Source: an uncultured Chryseobacterium sp. (GTDB taxonomy: Bacteria; Bacteroidota; Bacteroidia; Flavobacteriales_F; PHOS-HE28). Taken from it: 64,000 nucleotides of DNA. Made by a program: the position numbers and the translations under genes. The stretch covers positions 6,495-70,494 of the forward strand of contig CAYMXP010000001.1 in NCBI GenBank assembly GCA_964394425.1, read 5' to 3'. Of the stretch, positions 44,905 through 53,687 are shown one piece after another; the first letter of the stretch is position 1; each line of letters opens with the position of its first letter. Below the pieces are notes generated by a model that was given only the letters and a program-made list of their open reading frames with translations, was not told the DNA's origin and did no database searches.

Positions 44905-45048
44905 ATGCGCAAGGTGGTGTTCCGTCTGCTGGCGCGGGTCAACAAGCTGGTGTTGCCCAGCTTGTGGCGCAAGGACCCGCGCAGGCTCAACACGATGCAG
45001 CGGGCGCTGGTCGCCTGGCGCTATTGGGTGACGCGCAATGCCCTCTAG
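44905..45048 (+). CDS. small basic hypothetical protein (47 aa)
   Basis: Not in the track. MRKVVFRLLARVNKLVLPSLWRKDPRRLNTMQRALVAWRYWVTRNAL. GC3-biased. Starts 4 nt after the CDF stop. Confidence 0.4.
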   Translation: MRKVVFRLLARVNKLVLPSLWRKDPRRLNTMQRALVAWRYWVTRNAL

Positions 45049-45049
45049 G

Positions 45050-46915
45050 TCAATGCAGCATGAAGCGCCGCACTGCTGTCCCGTCGGGTGACCGCATCCG
45101 CAGCAGGTAGGCGCCGGCCGGCAACGCGCCCAGGTCCAGATCCATTTGCTGTTCACCAGCGGCGATCCGGAGCGGTTCGTGCCAGAGCGTTCTTCCGTTC
45201 ATGTCCAGCACCTCCAGGCTTTGAGGGCCGCGTGCGGGACCCGAACGGATCACCACCGTGATGGATCCCTCGGAGGGGTTCGGCTGCACGGACAGCATGA
45301 CGGGAAGAAGAACATCCTCCTCCGCCAAGCCCACCTGGCATGGCGTGGGCAGCACGCTCACCACCACGATCGCCGTATCGGGCGCGCACGGCGCATTGTT
45401 CACCACGTAGAGGTAAGATCCCGGATCGCTCATCATGGCATTGATCGTCGCGAAATAGTCGCCGATCGTGTCGCCAACGGGCGAGAACCAATAGCCCGTG
45501 GTCTGCGCACCGGAAAGGTGATAGTACAGTTCCGCCATCGTGTCCAGGATGCAGATGAACGCCGAATCGCCCACGCCGGCCTCGCTCAATGGCTGCTCCA
45601 CCACCGTGAGGACCGCGGACGGGTCGGGACAGGGGGGGATCCCGTCGACGTTGTAAGTGTAGTCTCCGGGAGGATCCACATCGGGATCATAGGTCCCATC
45701 GAACGGCCCACCGCCGGGGCCGGTCCAGGTGCCTCCCGGCGTGGGGAAGCCCCCCAGCAGACCGAAGAGATCCACCAGGACATCGGTGACGCACACGCCG
45801 GCGGTCCCGCCGATGCCCGCGGTGTTGTTGGCGATCAACGACATGGTGACGAACGCGGTGTCGGCCGGGCAGGTGCCGTTGTTCACGATGTACAGGTACG
45901 TGCCCACGAAATCCTCCTGGGCATTGAAGGTGGCGTTGTATCCTCCGAACGGAAAGCCGAGCGGGTCGACCCAGCTGCCGGTGGTCTGCGGGCCGCCGCT
46001 CAGGTAGGTGTTCAGCAGCACGTTCGTCACGTCGGCGCACACCTGTCCGTCGGACCCCGTGCCGGCGTTGTTCGGGGTCATCTCGGAAACGGTGACCGTC
46101 GCCGATGGCCCGCTGCACGGAGGTATCCCTGGCACCGTGTACGTGTAGACCCCCGGGGTCATGGTCGCCGGATCGTAGTTCCCGGTGGTGGGGCTCGGAC
46201 CGGTCCAGGTGCCCCCGGGGGTCGGCGTACCAAAGAGGTGGTCGATCAGGGCGATCGGCGGATCGGTGGAACAAACCGATGCGACCCCGTCGAACCCGGC
46301 GCTGTTGTTGGGCAGGTAGGCCAGGAACAACTGCGCGATCGTGTCGGTATGGCAGGGCAGCGGCGCCAGGAATTGGTAGATCCATACGCCGGCGGGATCA
46401 AGACCCGGGGTGAGGTTCGGGCCGTGGGGAAGCCCGTTGGGATCCAGCCATTGCCCCCCCGGTTGCGGCGTGCCATCCAGCAGGGTGACCAGTGGATAGG
46501 GCGATCCGGTGTTGCACACTTCGGCGAAGGTGTCGATGCCGGGATCATGCTGCACCTGGGGAAGCACCGTCAGGTTGGTGGTCCAGGTATCCACGACGGT
46601 GCCATTGAGGTTCAATTGGGCGGTGAAGAGGTAGGTGCCGGGTTCCCAAGGCCCCAGCGGCGGAATGGGTTCGCTGAAGTTGGTTTGCGGAGAGTTGCCA
46701 ACACCGGTCGCATAGAACACGAACGTGAAGGTGCCCGGATCGAAGGAGTAGAAATCGAAGGTGTAGTTGGGCGAGGGATAGTTGCCGAGCACGGTGAGGT
46801 TCACGAATTCGCACTCGTGGATCGGATTGGGGTTGAACAGCACGTTGTTCAGGTTCTGGGCCTGCGAGGCAAGGGCCAGGCAGATCGCGGGTGCGGTGGC
46901 GTAGCGGATGATCAT
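45050..46915 (-). CDS. T9SS cargo protein built from alternating A/B ~80-aa Cys-containing modules
   Basis: 621 aa from ATG 46915; the remaining ~400 N-terminal codons of the 1015-aa track ORF are antisense to the CotH gene. Signal peptide ...LASQA|Q. Five modules. C-terminal T9SS CTD (LSVQPNPSEGSITVV...GAYLLRMRSPDG...RFMLH). Confidence 0.82.
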   Translation of the reverse strand: MIIRYATAPAICLALASQAQNLNNVLFNPNPIHECEFVNLTVLGNYPSPNYTFDFYSFDPGTFTFVFYATGVGNSPQTNFSEPIPPLGPWEPGTYLFTAQLNLNGTVVDTWTTNLTVLPQVQHDPGIDTFAEVCNTGSPYPLVTLLDGTPQPGGQWLDPNGLPHGPNLTPGLDPAGVWIYQFLAPLPCHTDTIAQLFLAYLPNNSAGFDGVASVCSTDPPIALIDHLFGTPTPGGTWTGPSPTTGNYDPATMTPGVYTYTVPGIPPCSGPSATVTVSEMTPNNAGTGSDGQVCADVTNVLLNTYLSGGPQTTGSWVDPLGFPFGGYNATFNAQEDFVGTYLYIVNNGTCPADTAFVTMSLIANNTAGIGGTAGVCVTDVLVDLFGLLGGFPTPGGTWTGPGGGPFDGTYDPDVDPPGDYTYNVDGIPPCPDPSAVLTVVEQPLSEAGVGDSAFICILDTMAELYYHLSGAQTTGYWFSPVGDTIGDYFATINAMMSDPGSYLYVVNNAPCAPDTAIVVVSVLPTPCQVGLAEEDVLLPVMLSVQPNPSEGSITVVIRSGPARGPQSLEVLDMNGRTLWHEPLRIAAGEQQMDLDLGALPAGAYLLRMRSPDGTAVRRFMLH

Positions 46916-46942
46916 GGGTTGTGAGGGAAGGATGAACGGCAC

Positions 46943-46950
46943 CAAAAATA
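46943..46950 (-). promoter_or_regulatory. Bacteroidetes-type -7 promoter box
   Basis: The minus strand reads TATTTTTG, a perfect TAnnTTTG match, 28 nt upstream of start 46915. It sits within CCCGCCTATTTTTGG, a motif shared with 60798-60816. Confidence 0.45.
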
Positions 46951-46963
46951 GGCGGGACCGCCG

Positions 46964-49036
46964 ATGGAGGAAGGCTCCTACATTGGCCTGGTGCGGGACT
47001 TTTCCACGGCCATCCTGATCCTCGCGGCCCCGGTGCTTGGCGCCCAGTCGCTGTTGATCAATGAGTTGCAGAGCAGTGGCCCGCCCGGCGATCGGGTGGA
47101 GGTCTTCAATGCCTCGGACCACACCATCGACCTTCAGGGATATGTGTTCGCCCTCGGTGCGCATCAGGACAGTGTGGTAGGCTCCCTGCCGATCGCGCCG
47201 GGGGGGCATGCCGTGCTCATGCTCGATCGGTGGCCGGAGCCTGGAACGGATCATCTGCGGATCAGGCTGCCGCGCGAAGGAGGCACGCTGCTGCTGATCG
47301 CCCCGGACCGGAGCACGGTGGTCGATGCGTTCGCCTATGGGGCCTTGCCGGAGGGGTGCAGCATGGGCCGCGCGCCCGATGGCGGAAGGCGGGTCGGGTA
47401 TTTCATGGATCCCACGTTCGGCACCAGCACCGGACCGTCGCCGGTCGTGCGGCGCTGGTTGGATCCACCACTGATCGAGAGCGCGTCCATGGCATCGGGG
47501 TGCGAGGTGAGCATGCATGCGGCCCCGGGTGTGCTGATCCGTTACACCATCGATGGAGGCCCGCCGGAAGCACCTCATGCGGCGGTCTATACGGGTCCGA
47601 TCACGTTCGCGTGGGGCACGTGCATCAAGGCACGGGCCTTCGCCGAGGATGCCCTTCCAAGCCCGGTAGCCTGCCAGGTTCTTCTCGGCCCCGGCGACGA
47701 TCAACAGGTGGCGTTGGTGATGGATCCCTGGGACCTCGATGATCCATGGACGGGCATCAACGTGAACGGGGTCCATGCGAACCATGCTCGCCGCGGGAAG
47801 GACTGGCGGCGCGATGCGTTCTTTCGATCGGGCGACGGTACGACGACCGCTGCGGCGAAGGTCTCCATTGCCGGCAGCGGGTCGCGCGGCCTGCCCAAGC
47901 GGTCGTTCAAGGTGCGCGCCGATGGCGGGGGGCCGCTCCTCCCCGGGATGCCCTCGGCGATCACGCTGCGCGCGGATGCCACCCCACATGCCTTCCTCAG
48001 GAACCTGTTCATGGAGCACATCGCACGGGAGGCCGGTGCGCGCGTGGACGTCCAGCCATCGCGCCCCGTACGGCTGCGACTGAACGGCAAGGACCACGGC
48101 CTCTACCGCCTGATGCCGGCCAAGAGCGCTGAATGGGTGCGGTCGCTGACGGGCGCCGAGGCGGTGGACCTGGTCGAGGGGCCGGGTGCGCGCGTGGTGT
48201 GCGGCGACCGGGTGGACTACGAGCGCAGCATGCGGGCGCTGGCGGAAGGTGGATCAGCCGCCGGCCTGGACGCACTGATCGACCTTCAAAGCCTGATCGA
48301 CCTGGCGTGCTTCGACCTCTATACCGGCCGCGCGGACCATGACCTGAACGTGCGCTGCTGGCGGCCGAAGGTGGAGGGTGGCCGCTGGCGCTGGATCATG
48401 TACGACATGGACCTGTGGCCCCCCGTGGAGGAGAACGCGGTGGAGCGCATGATGGCCGGCGAGCCGGCGGCATGCCCGTACCTCCCGCGCCTGCTTTCCG
48501 ACCCCGTGTTGCGCGACCGGCTGCTGACGCGCCTGGTGGCCCTGTTGAATTCGGTGCTCGCGCCCGAGGTCGCCGCGGCGAAGGTCGATGCCCTTTTCAA
48601 CGACCATGCGCACCTGATGGTGGCCGACCACGCGCGCTGGTCCGGCGAAATGGAAGTGCCCCGGCCCGAAGCCAGTCATGCCTTGCTGCTGGACCATGTC
48701 CGGCGCAGACCCTCCCTGTTGATGGCGCATCTGGCCCGGCAGCTGCGCCTGGATCCGTGTTCGCTCGAGGTTTCGGTGCTGCCCCGTGGTGGTGGGGAGG
48801 TGTGGATCGACGGGCTCCGGATCACCGGCGATCATGCGCGCCTGGCCGCGTTCAAGGGTTCGATGCTGGCGCTTTCGGCCAGGGCGGCCGAAGGGATGGA
48901 ATTCGATGGATGGGTGGGCGAGGAGGCGGAAGGACCGGACGTGTCGATCGATCCGGGAAAGATCCACGTGCTTCGGGCGGTGTTCAGGCCGGCGGCCGTT
49001 TCACGCCGGTACGGCCTGAAGCAGGCTGGCGAATAG
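46964..49036 (+). CDS. CotH-family (atypical kinase fold) protein with N-terminal lamin-tail domain
   Basis: 690 aa. Signal-like [12 protein letters not shown]|Q. LTD-like [33 protein letters not shown]. Chitobiase-C/Fn3-like [11 protein letters not shown]...VYTGPITF. CotH-like core [24 protein letters not shown]...[16 protein letters not shown]. No T9SS CTD. Confidence 0.75.
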   Translation: MEEGSYIGLVRDFSTAILILAAPVLGAQSLLINELQSSGPPGDRVEVFNASDHTIDLQGYVFALGAHQDSVVGSLPIAPGGHAVLMLDRWPEPGTDHLRIRLPREGGTLLLIAPDRSTVVDAFAYGALPEGCSMGRAPDGGRRVGYFMDPTFGTSTGPSPVVRRWLDPPLIESASMASGCEVSMHAAPGVLIRYTIDGGPPEAPHAAVYTGPITFAWGTCIKARAFAEDALPSPVACQVLLGPGDDQQVALVMDPWDLDDPWTGINVNGVHANHARRGKDWRRDAFFRSGDGTTTAAAKVSIAGSGSRGLPKRSFKVRADGGGPLLPGMPSAITLRADATPHAFLRNLFMEHIAREAGARVDVQPSRPVRLRLNGKDHGLYRLMPAKSAEWVRSLTGAEAVDLVEGPGARVVCGDRVDYERSMRALAEGGSAAGLDALIDLQSLIDLACFDLYTGRADHDLNVRCWRPKVEGGRWRWIMYDMDLWPPVEENAVERMMAGEPAACPYLPRLLSDPVLRDRLLTRLVALLNSVLAPEVAAAKVDALFNDHAHLMVADHARWSGEMEVPRPEASHALLLDHVRRRPSLLMAHLARQLRLDPCSLEVSVLPRGGGEVWIDGLRITGDHARLAAFKGSMLALSARAAEGMEFDGWVGEEAEGPDVSIDPGKIHVLRAVFRPAAVSRRYGLKQAGE

Positions 49037-49690
49037 CAGCCGCCCATCGGTGTTGCCCAGGCGCTCATCGGCCGCCCGCTCCGGGTGCGGCATCATGCCG
49101 AACACGTTGCGGCCTGCGTTGCAGATGCCCGCGATGTTCTCCACGCTGCCATTGGGATTGGCATCCTCGGTCATCCTTCCGGTGCTGTCGCAGTACCGGA
49201 AGAGCACCTGGTCGCCATCGTCCAACTGCTTCAGTGTGCCGGCATCGGCATGATAGCGCCCCTCGCCATGGGCGATGGGGATCTTCAACGCGCCATCCCG
49301 CAGGCCGGCGGTGAGCAGCGTGTTGCGCGTCTGCGGGCGGATATGCACGTTGCGGCACTCGAACCGCTGCCCCGCATTGTGCAGCAGCGCACCCGGCAGC
49401 AACCGGGCCTCGCAAAGCACCTGGAACCCGTTGCAGATCCCCAGCACCAGCCCGCCCTTGGCGGCATGCATGGCCACTTCCTGCATGATCGGCGAGAAGC
49501 GCGCGATGGCTCCTGAACGCAGGTAATCGCCGTAGGAAAAGCCGCCCGGCAGCACGATCAGATCGCAACCCTTCAGGTCATGGTCCTTGTGCCAGAGCCG
49601 CTCCACGCGCCGGCCCATGACCTCGCCCAGCACGTAGCGCACATCCTCATCGCAATTGGAACCGGGAAAGGTGACCACGCCGCATTTCAT
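49001..49690 (-). CDS. purQ: phosphoribosylformylglycinamidine synthase, glutaminase subunit
   Basis: 229 aa from ATG 49690 (track ORF extends to 50707). Catalytic [10 protein letters not shown] and GMMPHPER motifs. Confidence 0.92.
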   Translation of the reverse strand: MKCGVVTFPGSNCDEDVRYVLGEVMGRRVERLWHKDHDLKGCDLIVLPGGFSYGDYLRSGAIARFSPIMQEVAMHAAKGGLVLGICNGFQVLCEARLLPGALLHNAGQRFECRNVHIRPQTRNTLLTAGLRDGALKIPIAHGEGRYHADAGTLKQLDDGDQVLFRYCDSTGRMTEDANPNGSVENIAGICNAGRNVFGMMPHPERAADERLGNTDGRLLFASLLQAVPA

Positions 49691-50679
49691 GCGGGCGAAG
49701 ATAGCGGGCTCCATTGCGCCCACAGGGCCATCGCGGCGATCCCCCACACGGCCAGTTCCGCCAGCCAGCCCACGCGGGGCGCCAGCAAGGGATAGGCGAA
49801 GAGCACCGCCAGCGGCGCGGCGTGCAGCACCGGTGGCGCCGTGCCGTGCAGCAACGCGGCGAACCCGGCGAGCAACCCGGAGGCGGTGGTGAACGCGAGG
49901 AAGACCGCCCGCATGTTCTTGCCATGGATCACGCTGCGCCGGTAGCTGCGGGCGAACGCCGCGATGGTGAAGGGAAGGGCGGCGAGCCCGGCCCCCGCGA
50001 GCGCGGCGGAGTAACCACGCGGCACCCAGGTCCATGCCGCTGAAGGTGGGGTGGCGATGGTGTCGAACCCATGCCACGACCTCGCTCCCGCCACGTGCCA
50101 CACCCCCCAGCACAGGTAAAAGGACACGGCCGCGCCGGCCGCCGGGATCACGTGGTCGCGCCATTGGAAGGGCCGCATCACGGCGGACGATGCGCTGACG
50201 ACCACCAGCATGAAGACGTAAGGAAGGTGGAACAGCGACGCCAGTCCGATGAGCAGCCCCGCATCGAACAGCGCGCCGGGCACCCGCGACCGGGGTTGAT
50301 GCACCCAGGCCCGGCGAAGCCCCCACAGCAGGAAGGGCATCCCGGCAAGCGCCGGGTCCAGATGCAGCCCAAGGGGCGAAAGGCCCAGCAACAGCGGGAA
50401 GAGCAGGGCGGGAAGGTTGTTGCGGCGATCGAGCAGTTCGGCATCCTGGGCCAGGCGTGCGAGCTGGATGGCGATGCCCAGGGTGAGGGCCGAGCCAAGG
50501 ACCGCATCGGCCCATGGGATCCGGCGCACCATCCAGGCGAGCGGCTCCATGAGGGGCATGAGCGGTGCCGGTGCATGCGCCGCTGCGCCGATCGCTCCGG
50601 GCAGCCACAGGATGGCCACGATCACCAGCAAGCCCAGCAGCACGGCGGGCTGGTCGCGGCGGAAGGCACCGGTGAGCAT
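49687..50679 (-). CDS. polytopic membrane protein of unknown function
   Basis: 330 aa with about 9-10 hydrophobic segments. ATGA overlap with the purQ start. No family confidently recognised. Confidence 0.65.
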   Translation of the reverse strand: MLTGAFRRDQPAVLLGLLVIVAILWLPGAIGAAAHAPAPLMPLMEPLAWMVRRIPWADAVLGSALTLGIAIQLARLAQDAELLDRRNNLPALLFPLLLGLSPLGLHLDPALAGMPFLLWGLRRAWVHQPRSRVPGALFDAGLLIGLASLFHLPYVFMLVVVSASSAVMRPFQWRDHVIPAAGAAVSFYLCWGVWHVAGARSWHGFDTIATPPSAAWTWVPRGYSAALAGAGLAALPFTIAAFARSYRRSVIHGKNMRAVFLAFTTASGLLAGFAALLHGTAPPVLHAAPLAVLFAYPLLAPRVGWLAELAVWGIAAMALWAQWSPLSSPA

Positions 50680-50719
50680 GGCGCGAATGTGCGCAGAGAA
50701 CGCGCATGGTGCGGTCCTG

Positions 50720-50881
50720 TCAGCGCGGCTTCGATCTGGCCGCGCCGCAGGCGCCGGCCATCTTCAATGCATCGCTCCGGCTCACGCCGTGCAGGTCGCT
50801 CCCGCGCTGCTTGATCACCTGCACGCTGCCGCGCCCGTTCGGTCCCTTCAGCAGGCACGGGTCAGCGTCCGCGATCGGCAA
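50720..50881 (-). CDS. possible small ORF (53 aa, TTG start) or gene remnant
   Basis: The minus frame is open from 50914 to TGA 50720 with about 90% GC3. No ATG near its 5' end; the first canonical start is TTG 50881. Peptide (M)PIADADPCLLKGPNGRGSVQVIKQRGSDLHGVSRSDALKMAGACGAARSKPR. Confidence 0.3.
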   Translation of the reverse strand: MPIADADPCLLKGPNGRGSVQVIKQRGSDLHGVSRSDALKMAGACGAARSKPR

Positions 50882-50949
50882 CGTTCCGGTGTTCGGAGTG
50901 GCCTCGCCCCTGGCTCACATCGCTTCGGATGCCGTTCGGGCCGGGAGGG

Positions 50950-51609
50950 TCACGCTCCCTCGGCCAGTTTTTCCTCGTCGCGTTCCACCTCCATGGGTCT
51001 GGGCACCATGTACAGCGCGATGGTGACGATGAAGCAGCCGATGGAGATCCAGGTGGACACGTAGCCCAGACCGATGGCCGCCAGCGTCAGCAGCAGGTTG
51101 GCGCCATTGAGGCGCCCGTAGTAGCGCCGCATGGCGGGGGAGAGGCTGCCATGCACCAGACCCTGTCCGTACAGGTAGGCGACCATGGCCATGGAGGCGA
51201 GCAGGATCATCAGTTGCACGCCGCCATAGAACAGGATGGCTTCCGGCAGCATGTAGTGTTCGCCGAGGAAAGCGGTGACCAGCGGCACCAGGCTGGCCCA
51301 GAACAGCACGTGGCTGTTGTGCCAGAGCAGGCCGGTCTTCACCTCGCGTACGATGAGGAAGAGCTGGTGGTGGTTGATCCAGAAGATCACCAGCACGGTG
51401 AAGCTCAACGCGTAGGCCAGCAGGTGCGGCAGCGTCTTGAGGAAGGCGGCGAACACTTGTGACGGGGTGGCGTCGTGGGCCACGTAGGGCAATTTGATCT
51501 CCAGGATCATCAACGTGATGATGATCGCCAGCACGCCATCGCTGAAAGCCAGCAGCCGTTCCGGTCGGATCTTCATGCGTTGGGTGGTCTTCGCTTCGTT
51601 CATGGCCAT
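50950..51609 (-). CDS. TMEM175/DUF1211-family potassium channel-like membrane protein
   Basis: 219 aa from ATG 51609 (track ORF extends to 52419). Signature RLLAFSDGVLAIIITLMILE. Six TM segments. Confidence 0.82.
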   Translation of the reverse strand: MAMNEAKTTQRMKIRPERLLAFSDGVLAIIITLMILEIKLPYVAHDATPSQVFAAFLKTLPHLLAYALSFTVLVIFWINHHQLFLIVREVKTGLLWHNSHVLFWASLVPLVTAFLGEHYMLPEAILFYGGVQLMILLASMAMVAYLYGQGLVHGSLSPAMRRYYGRLNGANLLLTLAAIGLGYVSTWISIGCFIVTIALYMVPRPMEVERDEEKLAEGA

Positions 51610-51698
51610 GGGTTTGGCCCCGATGATAGCGGACGTTCCCATCCGCCGCAAGACCGTACGGATGGTGCGGGGTCCGATCGCGCTGCCCGTATGCCGGC

Positions 51699-52352
51699 CT
51701 ACTGGGCCGCTGGAGCGGGATGGGTGTGCTGCACCCGCTTGATGCCGCACCCCATGTTGCGCGTGATCTTGGGATCGATGGCCTTGCCCGCCACTTGTGC
51801 GGCCATGGCGTCCTTCAGCCAGTGTTGCGTCACCGCGCCGGCGTTCTCCACGTTGTCGTCGATGGCGCCCTTGTACGAGAGCTTCAGGTCCTTGTCGAAA
51901 AGGAACACATGCGGCGTGGTGCGCGCCCCGAAGGCATCGGCCACCGCGTGGTCCTTGTCCAGCACGTAGGGGCTGGTGTAGCCCATCAGCTTGTGCCGGT
52001 TCTGCATGTCGGTGTAGCCATCGCCCTGTTCGCGCTTCGCCTCGTTGCTGTTCACCAGCACCATCCCGATCTTGTTCGCCTGGCAGTATTCGCCCAGCGC
52101 CGGGTAGCGTCCCTCCCAGCCTTCGCTGCCCTCGCTGCCCACCACGAAGGGGCAGGTGTTGCAACTGAAGATCACCAGCAGGCCGTTGTCCTGCTTCAGC
52201 CCGGCGAGGGTGATCTCCCGTCCGCCCACGTCCATCAACTTCACGTCGGCGGCCGGCAGCGCATCGCCGATCTTCAGGTCGGGGAGCTGAGGGTCGTGGG
52301 TGGGAGCGTTGAACATCAGCATGGAGAGCAGGAGGGTCGGTTCGATCAGCAT
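51699..52352 (-). CDS. thioredoxin-fold (redoxin/AhpC-TSA-like) protein
   Basis: 217 aa from ATG 52352. CxxC motif FSCNTCPFV. ...ARTTPHVFLFDKD... is typical of a thioredoxin fold. Confidence 0.8.
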   Translation of the reverse strand: MLIEPTLLLSMLMFNAPTHDPQLPDLKIGDALPAADVKLMDVGGREITLAGLKQDNGLLVIFSCNTCPFVVGSEGSEGWEGRYPALGEYCQANKIGMVLVNSNEAKREQGDGYTDMQNRHKLMGYTSPYVLDKDHAVADAFGARTTPHVFLFDKDLKLSYKGAIDDNVENAGAVTQHWLKDAMAAQVAGKAIDPKITRNMGCGIKRVQHTHPAPAAQ

Positions 52353-52511
52353 GGGTTTGACGATGAGGTGGCGAAGGTATTCCGCCCGATACACGCCAAG
52401 ACAGGTCGCCCACGGGCATTGGGATGAAAGGCTGTTCATGCGGTCGCGGGGCGTCGGCAATGATGTGCTCGTTGCCCCGGTGCCTGTCGATGAGATCGGA
52501 TCAGTACACGA

Positions 52512-52548
52512 AAAGGGGCCGCCCCGATGTCGCGGGACGGCCCCTTTG
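52512..52548 (-). terminator. intrinsic terminator
   Basis: The minus strand reads caaaggggccgtcccgcgacatcggggcggccccttttcgtg: an extended GC stem followed by a U-tract, about 20 nt after the stop at 52568. Confidence 0.75.
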
Positions 52549-52567
52549 CAGCCTCGGACCGACCCGA

Positions 52568-53578
52568 TCACTGGATGATCAAGGGGCGGGTCAGGACGGC
52601 TTCATCGGCGCGCAGGCGCACCAGGTACGTTCCCCTGGCCAGGGCATCCAGGTCCAGGCGCCGTTCATGCCGGCCGGCGGGCATGTGTCCCCAGGTCTCC
52701 ACTTTCCAGGACCGTCCCGTGGCATCGAGCACCTCCAGATCGACGGATGCCGCATCGACCAGCTGGAACGAGAGGTCGACCGCATCCGTGGCCGGCTGGG
52801 GATGGAGCTCGGCCAGCAGGAACGATGCCGGCCGTTCCGCCATCCCGTTGCCCACAGGATCGGAATAGACGCTGAAGAGCGTGTGCGTGGAAGCACCCAC
52901 GGACGGTTCGATCAGGAGATCCTGGACGATCAGCAGCGGGTGATGGAACCCGGCCTTGTAGTAAAAGTGGTAGGTGAAGGTGTAGTCGATGGTCATGAAG
53001 CCGCCCACGTTGTCCGTGTAGGTGTCGTACAGGAAGAACCGCGTGACGTCCGTGACCTGGCCGTAAGGCATGATCAGGGTGGTGCTGGTGGCATCGCCCT
53101 GGCCGAACACGCTGCCGGAACGGGTCGTGGTGATGCCCGTGGTGGTGAAGCTGATGGCGTGGTTGTCGGTCCATGTGGTGCCGTACCCGGCCGGGAAGCT
53201 CATCCACGTCTCAGGATCGGAGGCCACCGTCACGCCAGCACCGGCAAGGTCCCATCCGAGATCCTCATAAGCACCGCTGGTGATGCTGTAGAACACGTAG
53301 TTGCCGCCGGCATCCACTTGGGCCACGGTGGCCGTGGGGAAGGAGGCTCCGTTGGGCGCCGACGAAGCGGCCACGAACGAGACCGTGGCCGTGCTGTCGG
53401 TGATCAGCCCGCTGTAATCCTCGGTGGTGCCCACGCCGCCCCCGTTGGGGTACTGGAACTGGCAGTAATGCTGTGTGAAGGATTCACCGGCCTGCGGACA
53501 GATGTCGCCGCTGCTGAATTGCGCGATCGCGCCACTGAACGTGAGCGCGGATGCGAGGAGGGTGTAATGCTTTTTCAT
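52568..53578 (-). CDS. hypothetical T9SS cargo protein
   Basis: 336 aa from ATG 53578. Signal peptide ...SGAIA|Q. C-terminal T9SS CTD (LAELHPQPATDAVDLSF...GTYLVRLRADE...PLIIQ). Confidence 0.8.
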   Translation of the reverse strand: MKKHYTLLASALTFSGAIAQFSSGDICPQAGESFTQHYCQFQYPNGGGVGTTEDYSGLITDSTATVSFVAASSAPNGASFPTATVAQVDAGGNYVFYSITSGAYEDLGWDLAGAGVTVASDPETWMSFPAGYGTTWTDNHAISFTTTGITTTRSGSVFGQGDATSTTLIMPYGQVTDVTRFFLYDTYTDNVGGFMTIDYTFTYHFYYKAGFHHPLLIVQDLLIEPSVGASTHTLFSVYSDPVGNGMAERPASFLLAELHPQPATDAVDLSFQLVDAASVDLEVLDATGRSWKVETWGHMPAGRHERRLDLDALARGTYLVRLRADEAVLTRPLIIQ

Positions 53579-53637
53579 GGATCGCGGATCTTGGTTTTTC
53601 AAGCACCCAAAGCTCCTCCGGCGCATGGGCCTGATGG

Positions 53638-53687
53638 ATAGGCCCGCGACCGTGATCGGCTACGGTGATGACCGTGATCGGGCCTAT
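53638..53687. promoter_or_regulatory. inverted plus direct repeat cluster between the LuxR-type regulator gene and the downstream cargo gene
   Basis: 9-bp inverted repeat ataggcccg (53638-53646) / cgggcctat (53679-53687) encloses two identical 12-mers gaccgtgatcgg (53648-53659, 53670-53681) spaced 22 bp start to start. Confidence 0.5.

Noticed and set aside
45146-46924. 592-aa plus-strand ORF
   Set aside because: It is an antisense shadow of the modular T9SS cargo gene.
46916-48097. N-terminal ~394 codons of the 1015-aa minus ORF 45050-48097
   Set aside because: The frame simply stays open antisense to the CotH gene. A clean signal peptide begins at ATG 46915 with a -7 box 28 nt upstream.
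49691-50707. N-terminal extension of the purQ ORF (568-aa track ORF)
   Set aside because: PurQ homology starts at [17 protein letters not shown] (ATG 49690). The upstream part is an off-frame read through the membrane protein gene.
51610-52419. N-terminal extension of the TMEM175-like ORF (489-aa track ORF)
   Set aside because: It is an off-frame read through the thioredoxin-like gene. The DUF1211 signature and a sensible start lie at 51609.
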